From contig MU058584.1 of assembly GCA_013265495.1 (NCBI GenBank), positions 5,400,508-5,464,507 on the forward strand: a DNA stretch of 64,000 bases, written 5' to 3'. Shown in pieces: positions 12,016-23,040 of this stretch. The DNA comes from Vicugna vicugna. Lineage: Eukaryota. The notes beneath the pieces were generated by a model. That model did no database searches. It was not told where the DNA came from and worked only from the letters and a program-made list of their open reading frames with translations. Numbering within the stretch: the stretch's first letter is position 1; each line of letters opens with the position of its first letter. Made by a program: the position numbers and the translations under genes.

Positions 12016-12279
12016 CGAGACGAAGATAAGGAGAAGATCGGAACCGTGGAGTATTTCGGACTGGGCGGCTACCCCGGCTTTCCCCTGCAGTATTACCCCT
12101 ACTACGGGAAGCTCCTGCAGCCCAGGTACCTGCAGCCCCTGCTGGCCGTGCAGTTCACCAACCTCACCATGGACACGGAAGTCCGCATAGAGTGTAAGGC
12201 GTACGGGGAGAACATTGGGTACAGTGAGAAGGACCGTTTCCAGGGACGCTTTGATGTAAAAATTGAAGTTAAGAGCTGA
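12016..12279 (+). CDS. ATP1B1: Na+/K+-ATPase subunit beta-1, exon 6 coding part (R217-S303, TGA)
   Basis: Translates [87 protein letters not shown], with the YYPYYG hallmark of the X,K-ATPase beta family. Acceptor tttcCAG ends 12015. Confidence 0.99.
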   Translation, partial: RDEDKEKIGTVEYFGLGGYPGFPLQYYPYYGKLLQPRYLQPLLAVQFTNLTMDTEVRIECKAYGENIGYSEKDRFQGRFDVKIEVKS

Positions 12280-12495
12280 TCACAAGCACAGATCTTTCCC
12301 ACTAGCCATTGAGAAAAAGTTTAAAAAAAGATAAAAACAAAAACCTACTAGTCTTGAACAAACTGTCATACGTATGGGACCTACACTTAATCTATACGCT
12401 TTACACTAGCTTTCTGCATTTAATAGGTTAGAATGTAAATTTAAAGTGTAGCAATAGCAACAAAATATTTATTCTACTGTAAATGACAAAAAAAA

Positions 12496-12501
12496 AATAA
12501 A
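12496..12501 (+). terminator. ATP1B1 poly(A) signal 1 (AATAAA)
   Basis: AATAAA within an A-run, with TGTA upstream. Confidence 0.6.
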
Positions 12502-12726
12502 AATTGAGCCTTGGGACGTGCCCATTTTTACTGTAAATTATGATTCCATGACTGACTTGTAGTGAGCAGTGTTTCCGGCCCCTAAGTATTGCTGCCGTGT
12601 GTGTTTTATTTAGTGTACAGTACGACAGGTGCACACTCTGGTCATTTTTCAAGCCATGTTTTATCGTATCTTTTTTCTACTTTATGTGAGCAAGGTTTGC
12701 TGTCCAAGGTGTAAATATTCAATGGG

Positions 12727-12732
12727 AATAAA
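12727..12732 (+). terminator. ATP1B1 poly(A) signal 2 (AATAAA) with U-rich downstream element
   Basis: TGTA at 12710, AATAAA, then a long T-tract and GT-rich sequence at ~12747-12780. Confidence 0.8.
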
Positions 12733-13276
12733 ACTGGCATGGTACCTTTTTTTTTTTTTTCCTTCTTTTTGGGTTTGGCTCTTTCAAAGATAATGGCCCA
12801 TCAATGAGCATTTTAAACACACTCCATAGTCTTTTCCTGTGGTGTTAGGTCTTTATTTTTATTTTTATTTGTTTCCTGGGTCTGGGCTGGGGGGGTGGGG
12901 AGGGGTGGGCTGTCATGGGGGAACTGCCCTTTACATTTTAAGTGACACTACAGAAAAACACGAAAAAGGTGATGGGTTGTGTTGTGCTTTGTACTGAATG
13001 CTGTCTTGACGTCTCTTCCCCATCCTCCAGTACGTCCTGAAGCTGTGTCTGAGATCTGGCACGCCCGTCACTCTGCCTAGTGATAGGGTGAACTTACTCG
13101 CTTTGTACATTTCCTTTCACTTTCCTTTTACTTTTTTCTTTTTCCTTTCTCTGGAGGCATCACATGCTGGTGCTGTGTCTTTATGAATGTTTTAACCATT
13201 TTCATGGTGGAAGAATTTTATATTTATGCAGTTGTACAATTTTATTTTTTTCTGCAAGAAAAAGTGTAATGTATGA

Positions 13277-13309
13277 AATAAAAACCAAAGTCACTTGTTT
13301 GAAAATAAA
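13277..13309 (+). terminator. ATP1B1 poly(A) signals 3 and 4 (AATAAA at 13277 and 13304)
   Basis: Two AATAAA hexamers preceded by several TGTA motifs. Confidence 0.7.
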
Positions 13310-13311
13310 TC

Positions 13312-13317
13312 TTTATT
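13312..13317 (-). terminator. Probable NME7 poly(A) signal (AATAAA on - strand)
   Basis: First TTTATT I found on the + strand past the NME7 stop codon, ~230 nt downstream of it. Confidence 0.7.
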
Positions 13318-13466
13318 TTGGACTTTATAAAAAGCAATGCAGTACCCCATAGACCGGTGTTGAATGTCGTCTACAGTGCAAAAACCCGTGTTCTAACATC
13401 TGTCATAATTGCCAGGAGTACAGTGCTCTTGTTGGTCTTGTATTCAGTCAGGTTAAAACAATGGAC

Positions 13467-13472
13467 AATAAA
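13467..13472 (+). terminator. ATP1B1 distal poly(A) signal 5 (AATAAA)
   Basis: AATAAA followed by CA and GT/T-rich sequence at ~13490-13510. Confidence 0.7.
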
Positions 13473-13549
13473 AGAATGAACACTCCTCATGTGCGTGATT
13501 CACTCTCGTCTCAACGCCCCAGCCTGTAACTTCCTTACTTTCTGTACTG

Positions 13550-13582
13550 CTAGTTATCCAAGATCTTGAAGAAATACTGAAC
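13550..13582 (-). CDS. NME7: Nucleoside diphosphate kinase 7, terminal coding exon (VQYFFKILDN*)
   Basis: Reverse complement reads cag|GTT CAG TAT TTC TTC AAG ATC TTG GAT AAC TAG. Acceptor gtgtcttcCAG with a CTAAT branch-point-like motif (+ strand attag 13606-13610). Matches the known NME7 C-terminus. Confidence 0.96.
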   Translation of the reverse strand, partial: VQYFFKILDN

Positions 13583-16500
13583 CTGGAAGACACACGTGGG
13601 GTTGCATTAGTTTATGTGGAAGCTTGGCTTCCTCCACCCAACCGAGGCCAAGCGCTCGTCAGGACCCCGGACACGGGACACCAGGGTGCACAGCCCTCCC
13701 CAAAGAGACAGGCTCATCGGAGACAGAGACGCCTTCGCTGAAGTTTTAAAGGTCAAGTTTAGGAATATTTTGCCGTGACACTCAGTTTAGAAAACATCGA
13801 ATTTTGGGTCCTGCTAGCGCTTCACTCTAGACAAGGCTATTAAAAAAAAGAAAGTCAAAGTTGTTAGTAGTTCAGTTACCAGAAACCCTCCTATGAGGTT
13901 AGGTTTGAGGTTCAGTAAATGAAGAAGGTTTATACCTTGCTTTTTGGTCCCTCGTTCGAGCCCAAGTCCTTATTTAGCCATATATTCAAAAGCCAGCCTT
14001 CGTGTGAAAGACAAACCTGAGCTTTCTGAAAAATGTTCTCCAGGTATAACTGAGCTGAAGATTTAGTATCACTTAACCAGCAGAAATACCCAGACTAAAA
14101 TCATGGCATCGACTTGGGGAAAATGGAAACCTTCCACACACAGCCTGGGCTGCCACAGCTCACGCCAGCCCTTCCCGCCTTCAGGCTGGTCCTGCGACAG
14201 CCCTTTGCTATGAAGCTGAAATGCCTCTTCCGGGAGGTGGACCCGGAGGCCCACGGCCATCTCGAATTTGGCACAGCTTGTTCAGAAGTAGCAGTAACAG
14301 CTATTTACTGCCACCTTAGGGCCTCACATTTATTATCCGCTGATCTGCTCCTCTTATTTTTTCTTTAAAAATATTACCTGAGGCTCTGCTATGTCTAGAG
14401 CAGCAAACCGTGTGGTGGCACGTTAATCCTAGAGGAACAATGAGTCCATTTAACCAAAAATAGCAAAGGCAATGGTGGAAAATGGCACAACTGCCTCGCT
14501 GCAAAGTTTGCAGGAGCCTTCCTTAACAACTGGGGAAACAGACCCAAATCCATAAACGAACAACATACCCACACAAAGCTAGGTTTCTCGGGTAACCCCC
14601 ACGTGTACAGATAGAAGGTGTCATTCCTATAACAGACGTTAGTCTTGCTGAAGCATCAACACATTTTGCAGGAGTGTACGTGGGTCTTAAAACGCATGAT
14701 GTTTTTGAGCAAGAAGGAGGGAATGGCTTCAGGTCTGAGGAAAAGGGGAGCATTTATTCAAATTGGAGGGTAGTTTGTATTTTGGGGACTGTTCTCAGAC
14801 CACAACCTTGATCAGACACACTTAACCCACTGCTTTTGTACGAATTTGGTACCTTCTGTTCTAAGCCATGGTGTGTATGTGTGTGTGTGCACCTGTGTGT
14901 GTATGTGTGTGCTCTCTGCCTATTCCTTCAGGACTCTGCCCAGATCTTGCTTCCCTGCCACTTCTCCAGATGGTGCCACCTATGCCCCTGCCCCCCATGA
15001 CAGTGGTTCTGTCTCCACTAGGAGACTGGGGAATGTGGTTTGTGTTCCTTGACTCAGCAGAAACTTGGTGGCTGCCTACTGTGTGTCAAGCATTCTTCAG
15101 ACAGCTACGGATGGACCCACCAGTGGTCGCCTCCTGCTCACATTCCAGTATTAAGTACCTGCGTGTTCCAGGAACTCCTGCTTCTATACATCTAGCACGA
15201 CTTTCTCTTCTCATATTATCACAATTTACTCCATCCCTTATTAGGTGACACATTTCTTGGCTGAGGGAGACTGCCATCTACTTTTGGGGTGTTCGTATCA
15301 CATCCTAGAAAGGGGTTTTCATACACATCTGGCCAAATACTTAATTCTTCACACAAAAGGAATGAGTTTTTTGAAGTGTTTCTCAAAAATGCGCTGAGTA
15401 CCACTTGGAATCAAAAGCTAATAGTTACTAAATAGATGAAAAAATTCCTTTTTTTCCCCAATCCATCATATTCTGTGAAGGGAAGTTTCAACGTGGTGCT
15501 GGTAAGGCTTCAACCCAGGTTATTCCGCTTTCAAATAAAGGGAGATAGGCCTTGGGTTCCTAAGTTAGCAAGTATCCTAAGATAGCAAGCAATGCTATTC
15601 AGCTAGAATGGAATACCTCTTGTTTTCATTGTATTTATTACCTCCAATTAAGGACAAGTAATACTAGTTTCCCGTTTCTGGCAAACTTCCATTATGGAAA
15701 ATAAATGTGTTCAAGTATAACAGTGAACGGATTTAAAGAAAAATTATAAATGCAATGTCGGGCGGTACTCAGGTATGGTAAAACTCATGAAGGTAATAAA
15801 TGCTAACTACAATTTAGTAACCTTTGCCCACAAATACAGCGTTAACAGAAGCCAAGATTTTCAATTCTGTACCTGTTTGGGCAAAACCTAAAGTGAACCC
15901 TGTTTTAGAACAATGGCACACCCTGTCCGCTCAAGCTGCGCTTGTTACTGGGGGGAACGGCTCCAGCTCCAAACTAAAAACAGTATCAGTGATCAGAGAA
16001 GAAAAGTCCAGTTTTTAAAATCTTCCAAAGTCCAACGACAGCTCTAACTCCTGGCTCCTTAAAGGATTAGTAACACTTCAGTATCAGTTGATGTTTGGCC
16101 CAAGGAGGAGAAACTAAGTGAGGTTACTTTCAAAATTCACGACCAAGGACCTTATGAGGACAAAGGGAAGCGATCCAGGGAGCATTTAGGAACAGTTTTA
16201 ATCAAGTGAGTCAAGTGATCCGGGTTTCAAAATGCAGAGGAAATGTGCTCTCCTCTCTTCATTAAGAAGGAACTAGCACTAACCAGACATGTTATCTGCC
16301 GCCTTCTAGGCTCCGCACTGGGAAAGATGCCCAGGAAATAGAGATAAACCTATTATTCTCCTAACTGATGCGTGCAGCCGGCACCCACAGGCTCCCCAAT
16401 GTGAAACAGAGAAGGTGGGAGCAAGGCAGATATTTTGGTTCGTATTTTAAGTCTGTATTTTTCTCCCAGAGACTGTCAGTATCGGTCTGCTCTGAGAGAC

Positions 16501-18617
16501 TGGGGATTTCTTAAAGGTACTGACTCTTATAGACCACAGAATCCTGTTTTGCTTCACCACCAGTGACGCCCACATCCTAAGAAAAGGCCCTTATGATAAT
16601 AAAACTGTGACATACTATCCCCAGCTTGTGTCACTACGAAACCTTTAAAAACCTGAGATTTCATAAAGTCAGGACTCCTACTAGCTTTCTGTCAAGGGCT
16701 ACCTTTTCCAAAGAAATGCTCATTTTCCTCCTCTAGTGTTGACCCCATACAGACCGGGTGAGAGGTAGCAGAGGGTGATCTGAAACCCGTCTATTCTGTC
16801 AGCCACAATGCCTGACGTGGTCATTACTGGATTGGTCCTTTGGTTTAAATGCTTCGGGGATCAAATATTTCCTTCCTCTGTAAGGTGGCTCTTTAATGCC
16901 CATCGCTTGTTACAGGGATTTATGGTTACTAAACTAGCAAAGTCTGGGGGAGCATGGAACAGTCCTACAGCAATGGGGTGCAGGATCCACCCTTCGGATA
17001 AGGAGCAGGGGCTTCCAGCATGACCAGTGGGTGAGGATCATGCCTTGTGGAGGTGCTGATGACTCAGCACTGGGATGAGGGAATGCTGTAAGGCCAAGAG
17101 ATGCTGGAATTATAAGACCAAATACAAAACATGGCAGGAGAAGTCCATGCTCTCTGAAACCTTTGCCTAGGGCTGGCCTTTCTTCTTTTCCGTTAGCAAA
17201 TTTCTCCCAAGCTACCTACTCCGTGCCCAGCACTGACTAGGAACTCGGGGACGGAGGGGTTCCCTGTTCTTAAGAAAACTTTGCCTTCATACGTCGAAAC
17301 GTCTTAAATAATCTAAGCTCCTCTCATCTATACTTAATTCCTTTCCCTCCTCCGGCCAATCATTTAACAAACTGAGCGCATCCCATTCATGATACTTCAC
17401 TGATGGGGTCCTCAGAAAACTCACAGCCCAGAAAGAGGAAAGCCCATGTAATCAAGTAAAATCACTCTGTGTGCTAAGGTGTAAGTGGGAATACTTAATT
17501 GCCAGTGGGAACACAAAACATTTCATAAAGGGGTTACTGTTTAACTTGAGTTTTTAGGACAAGTTAGACGGGACGCAGACAAAGGAATAGCTGAAATATA
17601 CGGCTGCCATGCCAATGCATAATGATGCTTTACCAGTAAGATTGACTCGAGGACTTGTCCTGTCTTGCTCTGTCCCTGTTAGATTTAAGTAAGACATAGC
17701 TTGCATTTATCAACTACTTCACAGTGTACAATCTAATTTCATATATAAACCTCGTCTTCCTTGCAACAGCTCTGTGGAGCTGGTCCCTTTATCTCAACAG
17801 AGAGCAGGATCCTGAGACTCAGAGGTCCTGTGACGTTCCTATGTAAGAAACTGGGGAGCTTGCTAAGTTAGCTGGGCTGGGACTTGAATCTCTATCTTCC
17901 AACCCTAAGCCACCCTGGCTCTGTGACTTTCCATGGAGAAACCCCACATTTGCTGATGACTGTATATAAATTACTGCAAGTTCTGTAACCATGTAATTCA
18001 AACAAAGGTAAATTTTATGCAATTGCTTCAGGTGTAGACTCAAGAAAAGCTTCCAGAGAATGTCTCACCTTTGCCCGAAGTACACTGCATGGCAAAAATG
18101 GGTCCCACTACTCGTGATTCTTGCCTGCGTCCACTACTCTCCCCATGGAACGTCTAGCATATGGAGCTTGCATGAAATCCCCTTGCACGTGTTATTAACT
18201 CTGGCTTTGGATCAGAGTTTCTGGCATTGCTCACTGCCCTGATGCCTTGAGCTCCACCACAGACAGCTGAATCCAACACTTGGGAGGTGAAGGGCAGGCA
18301 CCTATTTTCCCGTGGTTCTTAATGTTGAATAAGTAACAAAAATATTTGGGGATTTTTTTTTTCTCCTTTGAAATCAGAGTATAGATGTGTGTGAATATTT
18401 ACAGGATTTATCTATCCTACTGTTGTGAACTTCCATCACCAAATTAGAACATGCATACCTGTGCCATTACACTAGCTAGATATTCAGATAAAACCCAGTC
18501 AATCTGAATTTGGCTGAGCCACAATTTTGTTAGTGTTCCAATGATATGATATTGAATTTTAAATATATCAGCCTGTTCAGAAGAGAAACAATTTTCAACT
18601 CACTGGGGGCCCTGACA

Positions 18618-18760
18618 GGCAGGGGTGGCTTCATAGATGGGTAAACTGGGCCGATGCACAGGGCCACGTGCTTAGGAGGACCTATGCCTGGTTGAATGTT
18701 CCATGGTCTCTCTCTTGAAATTCTTAATGATTTTTGAACAAGGGACCCCACATTCCCATC
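18618..18760. mobile_element. MER91A-like DNA transposon relic
   Basis: caggggtggcttcat...gcacagggccacgtgcttaggagg...tcttgaaattcttaatgatttttgaacaagggacccc. Confidence 0.7.
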
Positions 18761-20089
18761 CTGTAACACTTCTGCTTGTGGCCATGGGCTTCTATGTCCA
18801 GGCTCCTTTGGCGTGGGTTTTCCTACTGGCTGAGTGGAAAATGTGGTTGAAAAGGCTGCTTGTAAAATAAGTGATGAACAGATCTCTGGTGAGAATTGGC
18901 GGCTTGGGGAAGGTGAGGGTGAGGCATGCTATGGACAATGAGAGCTGGCCCCAGGGGCCCTGGATTAGCTGCCAACACCGTGGGGCGGGGAGGGAGGAGA
19001 CCACCAGGAGGCCTTTACTCAGGAGCCTGAATCATTTCTGAACTTCTCCTGCATTCCCTCTCTCTCTTGGTGTGGTGTCTTCCCTCTGCAGGTAAGTCAC
19101 CACTTATTTTCAGCTCCCAAAATATGGAGTTCAGAAGTGGACAGTTATGAGGAAAAAAAGGTGGTAGCTAAAGTGTTCTCCAGACAGAAGGGCTCAGAGG
19201 AAACACTGAAGCTGTGACTAAAAAAAAGAGAGAGGGAAAGTGTGTCCTTGCCTACTGTCTAAGCGACAGAGCCCAGAAAGTCCTTAGATTGCAAAGGTAC
19301 ACCCTCAAATCTATTTATAGGCTACAGAGTAATAAAATGGAATCAACTCAGACACAAGAGCTATCTCCTTCACACACATTTATCTTCTCCACGGGTTCTG
19401 AGGCCATATTTGAAATGTTTTAAGACAAAAAGAAAATTTCACGACTATCTATTCCAGTAATTCTGGAAACCCAGCATTCTCAGAGTTCTCTTATAAAAAC
19501 CTCGAGTCCTCGGACTGCCACCCATGGATGAGAATGACTGTCTTTTTAAAGTTGGACGGAAATGACTCCTCAGCCTGGAATAGAGTCGTGCTGACCTTTC
19601 TCTTTATGGGAAATATATACCTTTTTTCCCTAATATTAGCTAAAGACACAGGAGTCCTTTCAGAAATTCATTCTAAAATTGTGTTTTGTGACTCATTCTT
19701 TTTGGCCTCTTCTGCCCTGAAGGTGGTTTTGGTTGTAGCTAGTCCCTCCTCAGCCCCTCAAAAAATCTAAAAATATGAAGAGATGTTTGTTGCTTCTGTT
19801 CCCTTCTCCCCACCCCTGATGATTAGGAAAGTACTCTCTCAGAGTTACTGTATCAGTGTGAGTCATGGATGATTTTGCAGTATTTACATTTAAAATTTTA
19901 CTTACTCTTAAAGAATGGAGTCCTTGTTACATATTAAATGCTTTAATAGATTATGTTGTGCAATCCTGACAATGGAAGGAGACACATTAGTCTCATTTTT
20001 CATTTGAGGAGCCCGTGGTTTTTAGTGGTAACAGCTTTCTTGGACACAGGACTCTGGTGCTGCTGATACTGGTCAGAAGCTCACACTAG

Positions 20090-20276
20090 GGATGGAGCCC
20101 GGCTGTTGGGGATCTTACTCCTGGCCTTGCCATTTCCTGGCTGGATGGCCTTGAGTGAGTCCCTTAACTTTTGTTTCTCATATTCCACCATCTATAACAT
20201 AGTAAGACCTATCACGTAAGGTTGTTGGGAAGACTAAGTGAGTCAACATATGAAGGGCATTTAAAAGAGTGCCCAG
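20090..20276 (+). mobile_element. MIR SINE, 5' part (split by L1; continues ~21727-21764)
   Basis: ggccttgagtgagtcccttaactt...ccacatctataa...gttgttgggaagactaagtgag...agagtgcccag. Confidence 0.7.
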
Positions 20277-21712
20277 ACATACGGACCAAGGGAACAGAAT
20301 AGAGAGCCCAGAAATGAACCCACAAGCTTTTGGTCAACTAATCTTTGACAAAGGAGGCAAGAATATACAATGGAATAAAGACAGTCTCTTCAGCAAATAG
20401 TGTTGGGAAAACTGGACAGCAGCATGTAAATCAGTGAAGCTAGAACTCTCCCTTACACCATACACAAAAATAAACTCAAAAAATGGATCAAAGAATTAAA
20501 TGTAAACCTCCTAGAAGAAAATATAGGCAAAACATTATCTGGCATACATCTCAAAAATGTTCTCCCAGAACAGTCTACCCAAGCAATAGAAATAAAAGCA
20601 AGAATAAACAAATGGGACCTAATGAAACTTACAAGCTTCTGCACAGCAAAGGAAACCAGAAGTAAAACAAAAAGACAACCTGCGGAATGGGAGAAAATTT
20701 TTGCAAACGAAACTGACAAAGGCTTGATCTCCAGAATATATAAGCAGCTCATATGACTTAATAAGAAAGAAACAAACAACCCAATCCAAAAATGGGCAGA
20801 AGACCTAAACAAGCAATTCTCCAAGGAAGAAATACAAATGATCAATAGACACATGAAAAAATGCTCAATATCACTAATTATCAGAGAAATGCAAATCAAA
20901 ACTACGATGAGGTATCACCTCACACCAGTCAGAATGGACATCATTAAAAAATCCACAAATGAGTAATGCTGGAGAGGCTGTGGAGAAAGGGGAACCCTCC
21001 TACACTGCTGGTGGGAATGCAGTTTGGTGAAGCCACTGTGGAAAACAGTATGGAGATTCCTCAAAAGACTAGGAATAGACTTAACATATGACCCAGGAAT
21101 CCTGCTCCTGGGCATATATCCAGAAGGAACCCTACTCCAGAATGACACCTGCACCCCAATGTTCATAGCAGCACTATTTGCAATAGCCAAGACATGGAAA
21201 CAGCCTAAATGTCCATCAACAGATGACTGGGTAAAGAAGATGTGGCATTTTTATACAATGGAATACTATTCAGCCATAAAAACTGACAACATAATGCCAT
21301 TTGCAGCAACATGGATGTTCCTGGAGAACGTCATTCTAAATGAAGTAAGCCAGAAAGAGAAAGAAAAGTACCATATGAGATCACTCATATGTGGAATCTA
21401 AAAAAAACACAAAAAACAAAAAATACAAAACAGAAACAGACTCATAGACATAGAATACAAACTTGTGGTTGCCAGGGGGATGGGGAGAGAGAAGGGACTG
21501 GGATTTCAAAATGTAGAATAGATAAACAAGATTGTACTGTGTAGCACAGGGAAACATATACAGGATCTTGTGGTGGCTTGCAGCGAAAGAGAATGTGACA
21601 ATGAATATATGTATGTTCACGTATAACTGAAAAATTGTGCTCTACACTGGAATTTGACACAACATTGTAAAATGACTATAACTCAATAAAAAAAGTTTAT
21701 ATATATATATAT
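20277..21712 (+). mobile_element. 5'-truncated young LINE-1 (ORF2 C-terminus plus 3'UTR) with TSD
   Basis: ORF 21024-21401 is L1 ORF2 C-terminal sequence ([11 protein letters not shown]...[22 protein letters not shown]...YTMEYYSAIK); aataaa plus A/AT tail; TSD aaaagagYgcccag at 20263-20276 and 21713-21726. Confidence 0.95.
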
Positions 21713-21929
21713 AAAAGAGCGCCCAGCAGAGAGTAAATACCACATCATAAATATCATTATTATTGGGTCTCCAAGATTCTCACAATGCTGTGGCCTGTCC
21801 TGCTGTATGTCAGTGAAGCCCTGGGTTTCTAAGCAATTCCGTCATGTCCTACGGTGAGAACCAAAACCGCCAGGGCACTTCCGGCTTATCAGAGGAGAGC
21901 CGCATAATGAACCAGGTCATGAATGACAG

Positions 21930-22400
21930 AGGCAGACTGAGAACCTTTGCAGACAAAGACAGTGAAGAGTGAGAACCAAATACAGCATGTAATCCTTGCA
22001 TGGATCCTAGACCAGAAACGTTCTGCTTGTTTGTTTTGCTACAAAATACATTTGTGAATGAAACTGCCAAGATTTAAAGGTCTGTACGTAGATAGCAGTA
22101 CTGTAATTTCCTGATTTCTAGTCACTGTTCTGTGGTGATGGAAGAGAATACCTGTGTTTTAGGAAATAACACACTGAAGTTTTGAGAGATAAAAGGGAAT
22201 CGTATTTGTAATTTACTGTCAAAAATATGTGTAATAAATAAATTAATACACAAACATACACAAGGGGAGAGAAGAGAGGACGACTGAGTAACATAGTAAA
22301 ACATTAACATTTAGGGAATGTGAATAAAAGGTTTAGAGACGTTCTTGGTCTTATTTTTTTTTTCTATTTTTTTTATAAGGCTGAAATTATTTCAAAACGG
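21930..22400 (+). mobile_element. Old L1 (L1MC/MD-type) 3' end relic
   Basis: tggatcctagaccagaaa...tttcctgattt...ttaggaaataacacactgaagt...ctgaaattatttcaaaa; similar to 52180-52560. Confidence 0.65.
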
Positions 22401-22885
22401 TACAAATGTTAATCAGTAGAAAGGATAGCACAGTGTAGTGAGTGTGGAACTTGGACTTGGCAGAACTAAGTTTGACTCTAGCCACGATTTCCTCGTGTTC
22501 TTAGGCCAATCATGTAAACTCAGACTATTGCTAATCTAAGAACTGAGGCTAGTAAAATCCATTCATTGGGATGAATGTGTATGTAGGTTTACGCGTGAAT
22601 GGATAAAGTCGCAGCACCTTGTATAAATCATACATTCTCCTAAAGCAGCTCAGGATGGGCTCTGCTACAAGTCAGTTACAGTGAGGCTGCAGGGCTCGCC
22701 TGAACCATCGGGCAAGCAGAGGAGAAAACTCAGATGAATCTGACACTTCGTGTTAGAAATTCACCTTTGCTGGCCCCCTATAGAAGAAAAGTTTTTGATA
22801 GGGAACATACTCTGTCCTTAATATTTTTTTAAATGCCTTAAAATAAGAAAAGAAAATGTAAATATGATCATCAATTCTTGAGATG

Positions 22886-23040
22886 AGTGATTTTCAATCT
22901 GGCTGGATAGCAGATTGAACTTTAAAAAACAAATGGATACTTGGACCCCATTCCTGGAGAGTCTGATTCATTAGGTCTTGGGAAAGTCCTAGACACGTGT
23001 ACTTTCAAATAGCGCCACAGATACTTGTGATGTTCTTAGA
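22886..23040. mobile_element. MER5B-like relic
   Basis: agtgattttcaatctggctg...ggaccccattcctggagagtctgattcattaggtct. Confidence 0.55.

Larger units (their letters stand above)
12280..13495 (+). other. ATP1B1: ATP1B1 3'UTR (longest form; end approximate)
   Basis: Follows the stop codon; AU/U-rich; five AATAAA hexamers at 12496, 12727, 13277, 13304 and 13467. Confidence 0.85.
13290..13549 (-). other. NME7: NME7 3'UTR (end approximate), antisense-overlapping the ATP1B1 distal 3'UTR
   Basis: Lies between the TAG stop (13550-13552) and just beyond the - strand AATAAA (13312-13317). Confidence 0.7.

Noticed and set aside
5843..12279. ATP1B1 pseudogene or paralogue (ATP1B2/3/4)
   Set aside because: Introns present, frame intact, beta-1-type sequence and adjacency to NME7 support the true orthologue.
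20453..21190. - strand ORFs of 148 aa and 91 aa (also 34017-34439)
   Set aside because: Antisense readings of L1 ORF2, a common artefact.
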